Below, one piece after another: positions 1 to 11,090 of a stretch of DNA of 64,000 bases. Below the pieces are notes generated by a model, which saw nothing but the letters and a program-made list of their open reading frames with translations, was not told where the DNA came from and made no database searches. Source of the DNA: an uncultured virus (IMG/VR IMGVR_UViG_3300006927_000005) (lineage: Duplodnaviria; Heunggongvirae; Uroviricota; Caudoviricetes); the IMG/VR virus record IMGVR_UViG_3300006927_000005; one strand, given 5' to 3'. The stretch's first letter is position 1. The number at the start of each line of letters is the position of its first letter. The position numbers and the translations under genes were made by a program.

Positions 1-87
1 CGGAAATTTGAACGAAAATATAAGAGAGACTTTATCGATCTATATTATCTTATAGATTCTCTTTCCAGTAAAAAACTTTTTTATTAA
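1..87 (+). CDS. 3' end of a gene entering from the left edge (hypothetical)
   Basis: Frame 1 is open from base 1 (RKFERKYKRDFIDLYYLIDSLSSKKLFY) to TAA at 85-87, 4 nt before the next ATG. Confidence 0.5.
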   Translation, partial: RKFERKYKRDFIDLYYLIDSLSSKKLFY

Positions 88-91
88 TATC

Positions 92-307
92 ATGCAAAAC
101 ATATCAGAATTCGAACGTACAAAACCAACACAAGCATATGCTGCCCTTGATAGCGCAATTGCTAAGTACCGTCAAATAGTTAATGAGCATACTTATCAAG
201 GTAAGCAATTGATCATGGAGAGTAGTGACGCGCAACGCGCTTCACTAGCGCAGCAAATTGTAAGTGACCTTGAGAATATTAAGAGGGTGTTCTTAACTGG
301 AAGTTAA
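92..307 (+). CDS. hypothetical protein
   Basis: 71-aa ORF, convergent with the large structural gene. Confidence 0.6.
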   Translation: MQNISEFERTKPTQAYAALDSAIAKYRQIVNEHTYQGKQLIMESSDAQRASLAQQIVSDLENIKRVFLTGS

Positions 308-3300
308 GTTATAACGACGTTTTTGATTTCGTCGTAGTAAGGAGTTATTTTTTCTATCTCTTTTTCTATTCTTTCTTTAATCTTGTCAGTAAGTAGCGGA
401 TCTTTAATTCCCATGTTTTTAATTTCAACTTGATACTTATTGCTTAATTTTTCAGGATAATTAAACTTCATTAATTTATCTATAGTATCAATGTACGTCC
501 GCTGCCCCATGGGATAAGACCAAATAACACTTTTATCTTTTAAATGATAATTATAATGAGCCAACATATCAAAATAGCTCATTGTTTTATTATATAATTT
601 AAATGCTTTTATTTTTGCATTATTAACAAAATATTTTTTAGGTTGTAATAATCTATTTGCTAATGTTAAATAATATGGAGTACTAACAGTACCAATATAA
701 CAACCTGTACCTAATACACTATCTAATGCATATTTACCTGCATTAAAGTACGCTTGTTGAAATACTTTTCCATTTACATATAGCTCCATATACCCCTTAC
801 GTAAAGATACATTAATAAAGAAATGATTATAACCAGGATGTAATTGAGTTACATCGAAACTTATTTCAGTCTTTTTTCGAGCGAAGGATCCTGTAGATGA
901 AAATTTAGGCTTAGTTTTTAATAGTACTTTTATTTTATTCTTACTAGCACCAATCTTCTTTAAATAAGAATAAGATGTTAATGTTTTAGTTAAACGTAAA
1001 TCTGCTACATCAACCCCTGGTAAATTTTTACTATAAATTACCTGGAGGTCAAAATTTATCTTACTTAATCTAACACCGTCTGTATATTCTTGTAATAAAA
1101 GTATATATTTTTTATACACACCACCTTCAAAATCATATATTAAATCTATATATGTTTGTTCAAAGTTTAAGTTTTGTAAATTGCAAAATTGTCTTGCTCG
1201 AATAAATTTACGGTTATTATCTAAAATAGAAATAATATTATTATCTCCTAATACAACTAATTGATTTTCGTCATCAATTACAATACCATTTACTCTAGAT
1301 TTTTTATCTAATCCAGCTTGAATTCTTTCATCCTGATCAGTTCTTAATCCTTTTTGAATATAGTTTCTATTTATTCCTGGGTTGGATGGGTTAAATTGTT
1401 TTAAGATAAAAGGTACATCATTACTATCGAATGCAATCTCATTTCCAAATCCATTTATATTATCAGCACTTAATATAGTAATATTATTATTTCTATCAAA
1501 TATTTTTCCTTTTACTCCTAATGTTGTAGCAGAAGGGCTAGAAGTGGTGGTGCTAGAAAAGTTAGTATCAGTATTATACGTAAAATATTTCTTAGCAGTA
1601 ACTGGATTAAATAATATATGTATTTTACATTCACCGACTTCAAAGTCCTCTATTACACAATCCTCAGGTGCTGTATCTTTTAAGTTTTCAATTTTTCCTA
1701 CTAAATTATTATTGTTATTAAAAACATAGATTACATTATTATCACCTAATACAAAAACGTCTGAGAAATTATCTCTTCGACCAACTCCTTTAATACCGAT
1801 TTCATCTAATCCATCTTTTAATATTACTTCATCATATATTTCAAAATCATTATTTAAAAATAATAACTTACTCGCCACCCCGGATTTAGAATTAGTTACA
1901 GGTAATATAATATTTGGTGTTACTAGATCAGTATTAAATACACCAAAGCCATCATCAAAATAATTACCTATAATTTGATGGCAAAATGGTAAGGTATAAT
2001 CATTTGTATCTAACCAAAAATTAACACTAAAATCACCAGAGAAATTTGCATTAAATCTCCCTAAATTATCTCCATTAAGTATTAATTCATCATCAGTTTT
2101 AGACTTATTTGGTAGTACAGGTACACCTTTATAATTCAAATATTCTATATCAGAAGCTTCATTATACGGCTCATATGCTTCAAATAATTTTTCATAGTCT
2201 TTTTCACCTATATGATAAAAAATATAATCATTATTAGGTTCAAATGTTAAGCTAGATGAGACGTCAAATGTTTCTGTTGTTTGTGCACCAGCTGCAGTTA
2301 CTACTTCATAATATGATGTACCAGATAAAGCAGAACTAAAATCAGATACTAATGGATTATAATATCTATCTACCCATTTTCTATCTCCGGTATTATCACC
2401 AGATAACCAACTACATAAATAAATTGGATTTATACCATCACTAAAAGTATTATTTTTTATTACTTCACGTCGTTTAAATACCTTGTCTGTCATTAAGGGA
2501 TTATCACCCGGTACAGCTCCTAAGTTATCAATTTTTGAATCTGCAATATTAAGAATAGTGTATGGTGATAATGAATTAGGGGTAGTAAAATATGTTAACT
2601 TACTTGGTTTAAATTCTATATCATATGTACCAATATTATATGATAATCCTACTTTATCATATCCTCCTATTTGATGTGTACCTGAATGAATTTTTTCATA
2701 CATTCTATTTAAATAGGAAGGCTCAGAATTAAAATGGTTATTCTCAGCATAATATTCACTTAACGTTGCTTGATTTTTTAATGGAATAATATCAGCATGA
2801 GATACAATTTTATTATCTAGTTTCTTCTGAAAAAAGTTATAGTTATTATTATAAACAAAATAGTTATTACTAATATGGTCTACAGTTGTCGATGTGTTTA
2901 AATTTACTGAGTCAGTATTATATGTCGAGCTGTACTTACTATAACTATTTGGTATATATTTAAAATCTTTAGTTAATATTTTTCTATTAATATCAAAGAA
3001 ACTATTACTTAAATCTGCTACAGTATTTTGCCATGTACCAGGAGCGGACATTGTCAACGTATTAGAATTGTTTATTAATATATTAGCAGAGGGCCCGGCG
3101 GTTACCGTTCCTGCTGGTTGGTGGATTGCAATTACATCATTATCTAAATAAAATCTAAAATATGATGGACCTTCTGAAGTCCATCGAGCGGTGATATTTT
3201 GATTATTAGGGGCACTTAAATAATATGTTATACTATTATATTCTTGACTAATACTAATTGTATGCTCAATAGGAGATGACGATAGACTACTAACAGTAAA

Positions 3301-3678
3301 TGTAAAGAAAAATTGACTACTTAATTGACTAAATTCTGTTGAATCTACAAATGTAGATGATATCGAATCAAGATCAGAAAAATCAGTTTTAAGATACTTA
3401 TCTCCGTGTTGTATAGTAGTAGAAAAAGACTGAATTGATGTATCAGTATGTGGTATATTAAGTTCGGATATAGTAGATAGTGGGTATAAATTAGTTAATG
3501 TATATTGTGTATTAAAATTAGTTTTTTTATCTTTGGGATCTTTATTAAAATAATATTGGTTAACTGTTAATCCGAAGTCAAAATTTTCTCTATATTTAGT
3601 AAATAATATTTTCGAGTCATGTATGTGACTGTATTCTATTGGTGCAATAGATTTACTCTCTATAGGAATAATCCTCAT
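304..3678 (-). CDS. large virion structural protein with LamG/concanavalin-like domain
   Basis: 1124 aa; LamG-like signatures FSVNFW and NHFFINVS..GYMELYVNG..IGT..IKAFKLYNK; within the tail/baseplate module. Confidence 0.55.
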   Translation of the reverse strand: MRIIPIESKSIAPIEYSHIHDSKILFTKYRENFDFGLTVNQYYFNKDPKDKKTNFNTQYTLTNLYPLSTISELNIPHTDTSIQSFSTTIQHGDKYLKTDFSDLDSISSTFVDSTEFSQLSSQFFFTFTVSSLSSSPIEHTISISQEYNSITYYLSAPNNQNITARWTSEGPSYFRFYLDNDVIAIHQPAGTVTAGPSANILINNSNTLTMSAPGTWQNTVADLSNSFFDINRKILTKDFKYIPNSYSKYSSTYNTDSVNLNTSTTVDHISNNYFVYNNNYNFFQKKLDNKIVSHADIIPLKNQATLSEYYAENNHFNSEPSYLNRMYEKIHSGTHQIGGYDKVGLSYNIGTYDIEFKPSKLTYFTTPNSLSPYTILNIADSKIDNLGAVPGDNPLMTDKVFKRREVIKNNTFSDGINPIYLCSWLSGDNTGDRKWVDRYYNPLVSDFSSALSGTSYYEVVTAAGAQTTETFDVSSSLTFEPNNDYIFYHIGEKDYEKLFEAYEPYNEASDIEYLNYKGVPVLPNKSKTDDELILNGDNLGRFNANFSGDFSVNFWLDTNDYTLPFCHQIIGNYFDDGFGVFNTDLVTPNIILPVTNSKSGVASKLLFLNNDFEIYDEVILKDGLDEIGIKGVGRRDNFSDVFVLGDNNVIYVFNNNNNLVGKIENLKDTAPEDCVIEDFEVGECKIHILFNPVTAKKYFTYNTDTNFSSTTTSSPSATTLGVKGKIFDRNNNITILSADNINGFGNEIAFDSNDVPFILKQFNPSNPGINRNYIQKGLRTDQDERIQAGLDKKSRVNGIVIDDENQLVVLGDNNIISILDNNRKFIRARQFCNLQNLNFEQTYIDLIYDFEGGVYKKYILLLQEYTDGVRLSKINFDLQVIYSKNLPGVDVADLRLTKTLTSYSYLKKIGASKNKIKVLLKTKPKFSSTGSFARKKTEISFDVTQLHPGYNHFFINVSLRKGYMELYVNGKVFQQAYFNAGKYALDSVLGTGCYIGTVSTPYYLTLANRLLQPKKYFVNNAKIKAFKLYNKTMSYFDMLAHYNYHLKDKSVIWSYPMGQRTYIDTIDKLMKFNYPEKLSNKYQVEIKNMGIKDPLLTDKIKERIEKEIEKITPYYDEIKNVVIT

Positions 3679-3682
3679 CTCG

Positions 3683-4618
3683 TTAGCTTGTTATTTTTGT
3701 TCCTCTTAAGTATGAGTTCTTGTATATGGCTGTCTTGTTACCGCTCGGGGCTGATCGGACTTTAAAGAATATTGTATCTCCTGGGCTTATTAAATCCATA
3801 TAATCGAAATCAATGACTTGATTCTTACTATCACTAACGGAACTGAAGTCTCGTGTGGTCTTCTCGTTATTATCAGCGTCTAGTATATTCATTCGTATAG
3901 TTACACTATTGGCCACGCCTGAGGCCTTATTCCGGAACCGGAAGTGACCTTGGAACAGTATTGTACTAGCAACATATGCGGCTGTGTTTGGATATGTAAT
4001 CTCAAATCCTCTAGTCCCGTTCAATTGAAAATTTGTTAAGTCTGAATTGATTGTCGTCCAGTCTGCACCTGACGGTAATACTGAATGATCAAATCCAATG
4101 TAACTCTGGTTACCTGAAGCCTTCGGGAGGCGATCAAGATTTTTAACGTTAAAATTAACTGATTTAAGAATTGTTGTTGCAGAGCCAATAGATGTTCCAT
4201 CTAGATGTACTTCGTTTGCCGCGATAGCATCGGCATTAGCGGTCACTTGAGTGCCGAGATCACCAATGTCGTCCACCCTGGCACTCAATGCGGTAATATC
4301 ATCATAGTTCTTCTTCGCCATGTCAATTACATGCTTTAAGTCCCCGTAAGTAAGAGTTTTTCCTTCTGTTGTTCCTGCTTTTGGAATAGTGTATTCATCC
4401 ACACTTTGAGTTAAAATATTACTACCATCTATTTCAGAAGCAACACTAGTATCGTTTAATCTATCTTCAAAAGTTATATTGTCTGTACTAATAACAAAAT
4501 CTTTAAAGGATAGCAGTTTTGTACCATTATTTGTTTCAATGAGTAGCTTATCAGTATTCAATATCTCCGTACCAGCATCTAGATCTGATATATTAATGAT
4601 TTCGTCTTCTATTGCCAT
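3683..4618 (-). CDS. putative trimeric fibre/adhesin (coiled coil plus C1q/BclA-like C-terminal domain)
   Basis: N-terminal INISDL attachment-type motif, heptad region DITALSARVDDIGDLGTQVTANADAIAAN, C-terminal pattern LISPGDTIFFKV...NSYLRGTKI. Confidence 0.5.
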   Translation of the reverse strand: MAIEDEIINISDLDAGTEILNTDKLLIETNNGTKLLSFKDFVISTDNITFEDRLNDTSVASEIDGSNILTQSVDEYTIPKAGTTEGKTLTYGDLKHVIDMAKKNYDDITALSARVDDIGDLGTQVTANADAIAANEVHLDGTSIGSATTILKSVNFNVKNLDRLPKASGNQSYIGFDHSVLPSGADWTTINSDLTNFQLNGTRGFEITYPNTAAYVASTILFQGHFRFRNKASGVANSVTIRMNILDADNNEKTTRDFSSVSDSKNQVIDFDYMDLISPGDTIFFKVRSAPSGNKTAIYKNSYLRGTKITS

Positions 4619-4635
4619 ATAATTATTTAGTTATT

Positions 4636-5778
4636 TTAGTAATTTACAAACGCTGTTATTGTATTTGTTCTTGTAGTTATTGAATCACAAGCATTCACAT
4701 CAAACAAATCTACATAGAAATAACCAGAAGATAGAGGTGTTGATTGTGAAGCACCAATACCGACGGTTCCTCCAGCTTGAAAATAGTATTGTATAGTATA
4801 ATCAGCTAAATTTGTTCTTGTTCCTTTAATATCTACTAAAGGAATATTGATTGTTTGTTTCTGCAAGCTTACGTCTTTTATCAAGTCATTACAGTTCCAA
4901 TTCACAAAGCCACTTAAATGGACAAATCCTGTATTAGCAGTTAGTGGAACATATAATAAACTACCAGCTTCAACTGTATTAGGATAATTAATTTCCTTTA
5001 ATATAGCCTCATTTGGATCTGCTGCTCTCGTTCTATATCTTAAAGTAACTTTACTATTATTTTTAATTTCACCAGTAGCTGTATATATATCGTCAAGTGA
5101 TATTTGTATAGAGTCTCCAGTATTTGAATCTTTTGCATCAACTTGTACATACTCTGTTGTGAATCCTATATTAAAGAGATTTGTACCGGTGTATCTAGGT
5201 ACAGGTAAAGCCGGATCATGACCTTCTCCACCTGGTAAATTTAAATTTATTAAACTCAATCCTAACACTTCAGGATTTTTATTAATAAAGGTTAATAATA
5301 TTTTTTCATTATCTTCTTCATTATTAAAATAATCTGTTTTAATTAGATTTATATTTTCATATATATCTATTGAAGGCTTAGTTATTGTGAATTTTGCTTC
5401 AATAATATCTACCTCGAGATCATCTCTATATAGAGAAAAATAAACGTTTCTTTCTATTTCATCAGTAAATTCTGTTTGTAGTACTTGATTAAACGTTTCT
5501 GTAGATAATGTTGGTATAATTGTAGTAGATAGTGGTCTATTAATTATTAAATTTGGAGCGGAAAGTCCATCACGACCTCTAATACCTTCATCATAATCTA
5601 CTACTATTTTATTTATTTTTTGAGAGGTACTAGCATCATATGCGGATAAACCAGAAAGAGCAAATGTTACATCTGTGGTGCCTGTTAATGCCTGAGTTTG
5701 ATAGAACGTAGTCCCTGTACCAGAATTATGTTGCAATAATCCATCACTCAAACTAACTGTATACGTAAGTGTATTCAT
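4636..5778 (-). CDS. putative virion structural protein
   Basis: 380 aa, Thr/Ser-rich and beta-rich, in the structural operon. Confidence 0.45.
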   Translation of the reverse strand: MNTLTYTVSLSDGLLQHNSGTGTTFYQTQALTGTTDVTFALSGLSAYDASTSQKINKIVVDYDEGIRGRDGLSAPNLIINRPLSTTIIPTLSTETFNQVLQTEFTDEIERNVYFSLYRDDLEVDIIEAKFTITKPSIDIYENINLIKTDYFNNEEDNEKILLTFINKNPEVLGLSLINLNLPGGEGHDPALPVPRYTGTNLFNIGFTTEYVQVDAKDSNTGDSIQISLDDIYTATGEIKNNSKVTLRYRTRAADPNEAILKEINYPNTVEAGSLLYVPLTANTGFVHLSGFVNWNCNDLIKDVSLQKQTINIPLVDIKGTRTNLADYTIQYYFQAGGTVGIGASQSTPLSSGYFYVDLFDVNACDSITTRTNTITAFVNY

Positions 5779-5782
5779 TTAA

Positions 5783-8746
5783 CTAAAACCCAGCCCCCAG
5801 TTGCTGCGTGTCATCTTCAATTATCCATCTGTTTAGATCTGGCCAACTTATGTCAGTTATTCCAGCGGCCGCTCTTAAATTATCTCCCGACGTTCCTGGC
5901 AATCCTCTAATTGTTTCTCGCGCGATGGTTTCGGCGAGCGGATCAATCATGATGTTACCAGGAACCTCTGTAATAAACGATCCTGATTCTGCTCCAGGCG
6001 ACCCGCCAACTACTCCTCCTACTGTTTCTCCTGCTACATCTTGTGTTTTTGTTTTGACTTCATCAAGTAAGCATCTCTTTGTTTTTGCGTCTGGCGCGCC
6101 ATAGCTATCTGATTTAATTGACTTAAATGCACCGAAACTAATTTCATCGTTATCTGGCCATAAATGACCACTTGAATAAGGTGTCATTTGACCATTAGTT
6201 GATGTGCGTAATTGCCAGTGACGAATTCCAGGATTATCAGCCATCATATCTACACTAGCATCATTAAACGCACGAGTTATTTTTAGTGTATTAGGAAAGA
6301 TAGAAGTAGCATATGTACCTGGTAAAAGTTCATCTAACTCGGTAAATCCTAATTCAAGTGTTCCTCTCCACCAACTTAAAGCATGTACCCAAACGGTATG
6401 TTTACCTATTCTTAGCATCCACCAGTTAGTAGTATAATTATCTTTGGTTGATGTTATAGATGATATTCCGTCAGATCCTCGTCCTCCTTGTAGAGGATCA
6501 ATTTCAGGATTACCAACAGGAGAGTTAAAAGTATAAATTCTATCATTACCGAAGGTGCCATCTTGCATTGACGTCGTACATGCCATTTCCCATCCATATC
6601 TCAATGATTCGACTTTCGGTTCTTCTATATCAACAATTTCTGGTTTCGGTAGGACACCACCACACGTAATAAATTTATTAAGAACATCGTGATTTCCTAG
6701 CTCTGCGTCTGATATAGCTTTGTCTATTTCTTCAGGAGTTAAGTTTTGATATTGTACGCATATATCCTCTTCAATTACTTCTGGTTCAGATGGTGCGCAA
6801 ATTGTAATTTCATCTCTTATATTTTTTTCATATTCTATATCTGCTAATCTTCGTTTTGCTGGTATTGCTATATCAATATCTAATTTATCATCAGTAGTTA
6901 CTCCTTCAGAACTAGCTTTCATTCTCACTAGTCTTTCTCTAAAGTTTTGCGATGCAAGTGCCATATAATTAGCCATATCAGGTGCATTAATTTCATCAAC
7001 AATTGGCTCTGTTGTGTCACAAGGCTCGTCTATTTTAATACCCGTTACTTCGAATTTCTGAATTTCAAAAAAACTACAATAATTACTAGTTGTAAAAGTT
7101 AATCCTACATTAAGTGGAGCTAATTTACCTTGTTTACCCCAGCCGCCTTCTCCGAGGCTGCCTTCTGTAAAATCAACACCATCATGTTCACCAATATTTG
7201 CCCATGGTTGATATGCTGCTCCAGTAGTAGAATTTATTACTGTAGGTAGTTTGAGCTCTGCAATCATATTATAGGTATCAACACTAGAGAGTTTATTATA
7301 AATTGTAATTTTTCTTCCCCTGTCACCTAAGTCTATTCTATAATCAACAAAAGGAACATCTGAACCATCAGCTAGTGTAGTAGTTGTATGCATAGGTACC
7401 GCGCTCGCTGCTTGCATAGTATTCATAGGTATACAAGTTAATACTTGAGTATTGTGATATACACTACCTCGTATACCTACAGAACATGGAGTTTGTGTAA
7501 ACGTACCGTCACCATAACCGGTGAAGTGACCGACGCCGCCATTTTCAGCATACCAACCCGGTTTTTGTTCGTCTTTCATACAAAAGTTACCTCTTATATC
7601 AAAACCAACACCTAGAAAACTATTTGCAAGTCGACCTCTAGTCTCATCATTCCATTTAGTAACTGAACCGTCATCATTAACAGTTTCACCACGGCCTTGT
7701 ATAAATATTCCTTCCGATGCTTGAGATGTTCCAGCTACCTCGGTATCAATAAATTCCGAAGGTGCATAACCTAATGTACTACCTATACCATTAGGAACAA
7801 CTGTACCGGAATCAGGACATACATTTTCATGAAAATAAACACAAAATCCTTCTCCTGGGCCGTCAGGTAAATATTGTTGAAGCCACCTAGAAGCTGTCAC
7901 CACCGGTGTTCCCGTACTTAGATCTGTTCCTACAACTGTAGAGCTGCCATACGCTGTCATTGATGGTACATTGAACGACCGTGCTCTAAAATCTACTCTA
8001 ATATTATGTTCAGGATCAAATGCTGTATATTTAGGATTATAGGTTATATAACCACCATGGTGCATAAGTGGGAATGCAGCATTACCAGTTAATGGTTCAA
8101 TTGATTTATCTAGTTGATCTGATAATAAATTAAATCCTATACTGCTCATGCTTTCTACATGAGTCGGTTTTATAAGATATTCTGGTGATCTTTCTGTATC
8201 TCCATAAAAGGATTCTTTATTATTTCTTACTGCATTACTACCTAGAGTTAAGTCAGAGTTTAAATAACCATCAATAAATGTATATGGATTAATAGTAAAT
8301 TTATCTGTGGGTATGTAAATGTCAGCGTTTAATAAGAAAAAATCAGTATTTATATCTTGGAAAATAAAATTAGATATTGCAAACCCTTCTGCGGCAGTAT
8401 CGTATTTACCTATAAACGTTACTGAATATCTATTGTTAGTCTTATTATAATTAATAAGTGGTTTTGTTATTGATGAATAATTTGTACCCTCAGAGCACGT
8501 TGGCGTAAGAGCCCATATATCAGAATTTACATCTGTTGCTATTGTGTCAATATTTTTTGGATATATGGTAGATTTATAATTTGTGTCTTTATCTATTTTA
8601 TATATAATAGGTAATGCGCCATATACTGTTTCTATTGAACTACCGTTTTGACATCTATCCGCAGTAATAGAACTAACAGTACAAACAAACATTTGAGTTG
8701 TTTCTTCATTGTAAAAAATATCTGATTGTTTTGTATCAAATGGCAT
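5783..8746 (-). CDS. virion protein with legume(L-type)-lectin-like domain
   Basis: 987 aa; GEGFCVYF...GSTLGY...FLGVGFD...YRIDL...VGLTFTT pattern typical of L-lectin folds. Confidence 0.55.
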   Translation of the reverse strand: MPFDTKQSDIFYNEETTQMFVCTVSSITADRCQNGSSIETVYGALPIIYKIDKDTNYKSTIYPKNIDTIATDVNSDIWALTPTCSEGTNYSSITKPLINYNKTNNRYSVTFIGKYDTAAEGFAISNFIFQDINTDFFLLNADIYIPTDKFTINPYTFIDGYLNSDLTLGSNAVRNNKESFYGDTERSPEYLIKPTHVESMSSIGFNLLSDQLDKSIEPLTGNAAFPLMHHGGYITYNPKYTAFDPEHNIRVDFRARSFNVPSMTAYGSSTVVGTDLSTGTPVVTASRWLQQYLPDGPGEGFCVYFHENVCPDSGTVVPNGIGSTLGYAPSEFIDTEVAGTSQASEGIFIQGRGETVNDDGSVTKWNDETRGRLANSFLGVGFDIRGNFCMKDEQKPGWYAENGGVGHFTGYGDGTFTQTPCSVGIRGSVYHNTQVLTCIPMNTMQAASAVPMHTTTTLADGSDVPFVDYRIDLGDRGRKITIYNKLSSVDTYNMIAELKLPTVINSTTGAAYQPWANIGEHDGVDFTEGSLGEGGWGKQGKLAPLNVGLTFTTSNYCSFFEIQKFEVTGIKIDEPCDTTEPIVDEINAPDMANYMALASQNFRERLVRMKASSEGVTTDDKLDIDIAIPAKRRLADIEYEKNIRDEITICAPSEPEVIEEDICVQYQNLTPEEIDKAISDAELGNHDVLNKFITCGGVLPKPEIVDIEEPKVESLRYGWEMACTTSMQDGTFGNDRIYTFNSPVGNPEIDPLQGGRGSDGISSITSTKDNYTTNWWMLRIGKHTVWVHALSWWRGTLELGFTELDELLPGTYATSIFPNTLKITRAFNDASVDMMADNPGIRHWQLRTSTNGQMTPYSSGHLWPDNDEISFGAFKSIKSDSYGAPDAKTKRCLLDEVKTKTQDVAGETVGGVVGGSPGAESGSFITEVPGNIMIDPLAETIARETIRGLPGTSGDNLRAAAGITDISWPDLNRWIIEDDTQQLGAGF

Positions 8747-8759
8747 ATAAAAATATTTA

Positions 8760-11090
8760 CTAAGTTATTATAGCTTTCGAACTGGCTCCTACCTTAAACA
8801 CTCCATCTTCAAATTCATATAATTCAGTTACTGTTTCCGCAGATGTTTGTATACATATAGTATTTTCAACTACATCAAAATTTAAAATATTACTGCTTGT
8901 TAAAATATTAGTTTTAGTCGTAGATCCATGTTTGTTGAAAATATTACTAAATGCTGTCGATAGTGGTTCAACCACTTGAGTATATACATTTCTAACATAA
9001 ATTTCACCAGCGTCAATATATTGTTGATCAAATAAATGGGTAGCGCTGGTGGTAGGGTTATTTGTTGTAGATAATTCATATGTAGTTGTTGAACTGGTAT
9101 AAATAGAGGCTGTACTAATTGAATAATATGGTACCGTTGTATCAGTAAAATAGGTTGCTATTAAATCAGTAGAGTTTCCAGGATGATTATTAAAATCACC
9201 ACAATCTATAGCTGATACCGCAGATACTGAGCCACATGATAATGCGTCAGTAAGAACAGTTGTACATGAATAATCAGTTAATGGCGCTGCAAAGCCTTCT
9301 GCACTACCACTGGAGCAAATAGTTGTATCGCTTACAACAACAGTATCAAATACACTCGTATGTCCATCTACACCTATATCAGAGGTAGCAGTTGCCATGT
9401 TATCTATACTAGTATACAGTGTACCGGATGCCTCATAGGAAGCAGCACTAATTGCAGATAGTAAAGTATTAAAAAATAAACCATCATAATATTCTGCTAC
9501 TGTTGTACAGGTAGCTGTGGCGATGTCCTCGGCTGTAATGTACGACGTACCTGCATATCGTTTAGGATAAACAGATTTAATAAAATAAAATTCATTACCA
9601 TAAATATCACTCTTTAGCTTTATTCCGGTTTTATTTGTAATTAATAAATCTTCGAGCCTTGAAGATTCAGGATAAATGTTCAATACACTTATTGGATATG
9701 TGTCTGTATTTTTCCATGTTATTTGATCTGATGTATTATCCCAAAAACTGATTGAATCTTCTTTTTTATTAATACCTGTATGTGAATAATCTATACTATT
9801 CTCTTTGCTCTGATATCCATAATTACGTAATAATTTATTATTATAAAAACTAACCGAATCAGATAGTTCAGTATTTTTATATGGAGCATTTTTTGATTTA
9901 AATAGTAGGGGTGTTGTTTGCTTGAACTTTACGTTTCGTAAAATTTCACCAGTTCTACTATTTCTGATATGACCTACATTTTTAACTCCTGGCTCATACT
10001 TGGATGGATCTGGAATAATATATTCTCTTCCTTTAAATGCTGATAGGTTAATTGTAAATGAGAGGTTAGCTGAATGAAAATTGGTAACCCCTGTATTATT
10101 AAATGATAATTGTCTTGAATAAATTTGCTTGTTTTTTAGTTCAGTAAGATTTAAAGATAAATTAGGATTATATCTTTGAGATAAATTATTTGTTGTATTT
10201 ACATGTTCAAATAATTTATCTACAGTTGCATGATTTTTATTTCCGACCGCGTAATATAAATCATTAGCAAGATATTTCTTTATTAACTCCCCCTCATAAA
10301 AAAATTTTAAATTATGAAATCTCTTATCTTCTCCTCTAAAATATCTATCAGGTAATCTCTCAAAATTAACAAAGTTTTCATTAATACCTAAAACGCTATC
10401 AGGAGAAGATACACTATTAGTTTTTAGTTTTAATTTTTTACCATCCTTATTTATAGATAACACTTGTAGTATATTTGGTATTTCTTTTAATACCCTCCGC
10501 TCCATATCTAAAATTAAATCTTTATCTGTATTATGTATTTTTTGAACAAAATGATCAGAAGCATATGAATTTAAATTTATTTGTATATTATTAGATATTT
10601 TTTGTGCATTAATATCTGTTAATTCTGTATTAGTATTTTCTTTAATAAATTCATTATTGCTAAGTAAGCGTATAATAAAGTTTTTAAGGTATTTTTGTAT
10701 ACCTAATTTAGATGATTTTAATTTATTTTTAGTTGTTGAAAACTTTACTTCTTCTCTTAAATCACTAACACCTTTTAATTGAGCTCTTATTAATTGTACA
10801 AAATAAACTACTGCTAGTTCTAATTCATAAATATCATCAACGTCAATTTTTGATAAAAATCTCGAAACATCACTATGTAAACTACTTAAATTTATATTTT
10901 TTAAAAATTGAGTATAAATACCTTTTACATAATCTGTGTTAGTAGTAGTATTAACTACTTTCTGATCTTTCCAGTCTATGAGATATTTGTTATATAATAA
11001 TGATAGTTCTGAAGCTTCGCGAATATCTGCATAGTAGGTTTTCCATTGCAAAAACGATAATGGGTTAGTTGTATTTAAATCGACCGTCAT
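8760..11090 (-). CDS. putative baseplate/virion structural protein
   Basis: 776 aa; overlaps upstream gene (ATGA); Ser/Thr/Cys-rich C-terminal part. Confidence 0.45.
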   Translation of the reverse strand: MTVDLNTTNPLSFLQWKTYYADIREASELSLLYNKYLIDWKDQKVVNTTTNTDYVKGIYTQFLKNINLSSLHSDVSRFLSKIDVDDIYELELAVVYFVQLIRAQLKGVSDLREEVKFSTTKNKLKSSKLGIQKYLKNFIIRLLSNNEFIKENTNTELTDINAQKISNNIQINLNSYASDHFVQKIHNTDKDLILDMERRVLKEIPNILQVLSINKDGKKLKLKTNSVSSPDSVLGINENFVNFERLPDRYFRGEDKRFHNLKFFYEGELIKKYLANDLYYAVGNKNHATVDKLFEHVNTTNNLSQRYNPNLSLNLTELKNKQIYSRQLSFNNTGVTNFHSANLSFTINLSAFKGREYIIPDPSKYEPGVKNVGHIRNSRTGEILRNVKFKQTTPLLFKSKNAPYKNTELSDSVSFYNNKLLRNYGYQSKENSIDYSHTGINKKEDSISFWDNTSDQITWKNTDTYPISVLNIYPESSRLEDLLITNKTGIKLKSDIYGNEFYFIKSVYPKRYAGTSYITAEDIATATCTTVAEYYDGLFFNTLLSAISAASYEASGTLYTSIDNMATATSDIGVDGHTSVFDTVVVSDTTICSSGSAEGFAAPLTDYSCTTVLTDALSCGSVSAVSAIDCGDFNNHPGNSTDLIATYFTDTTVPYYSISTASIYTSSTTTYELSTTNNPTTSATHLFDQQYIDAGEIYVRNVYTQVVEPLSTAFSNIFNKHGSTTKTNILTSSNILNFDVVENTICIQTSAETVTELYEFEDGVFKVGASSKAIIT

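Noticed and set aside
3683..8746. Diversity-generating retroelement acting on the fibre/lectin genes
   Set aside because: No reverse transcriptase and no template/variable repeat pair seen in the window
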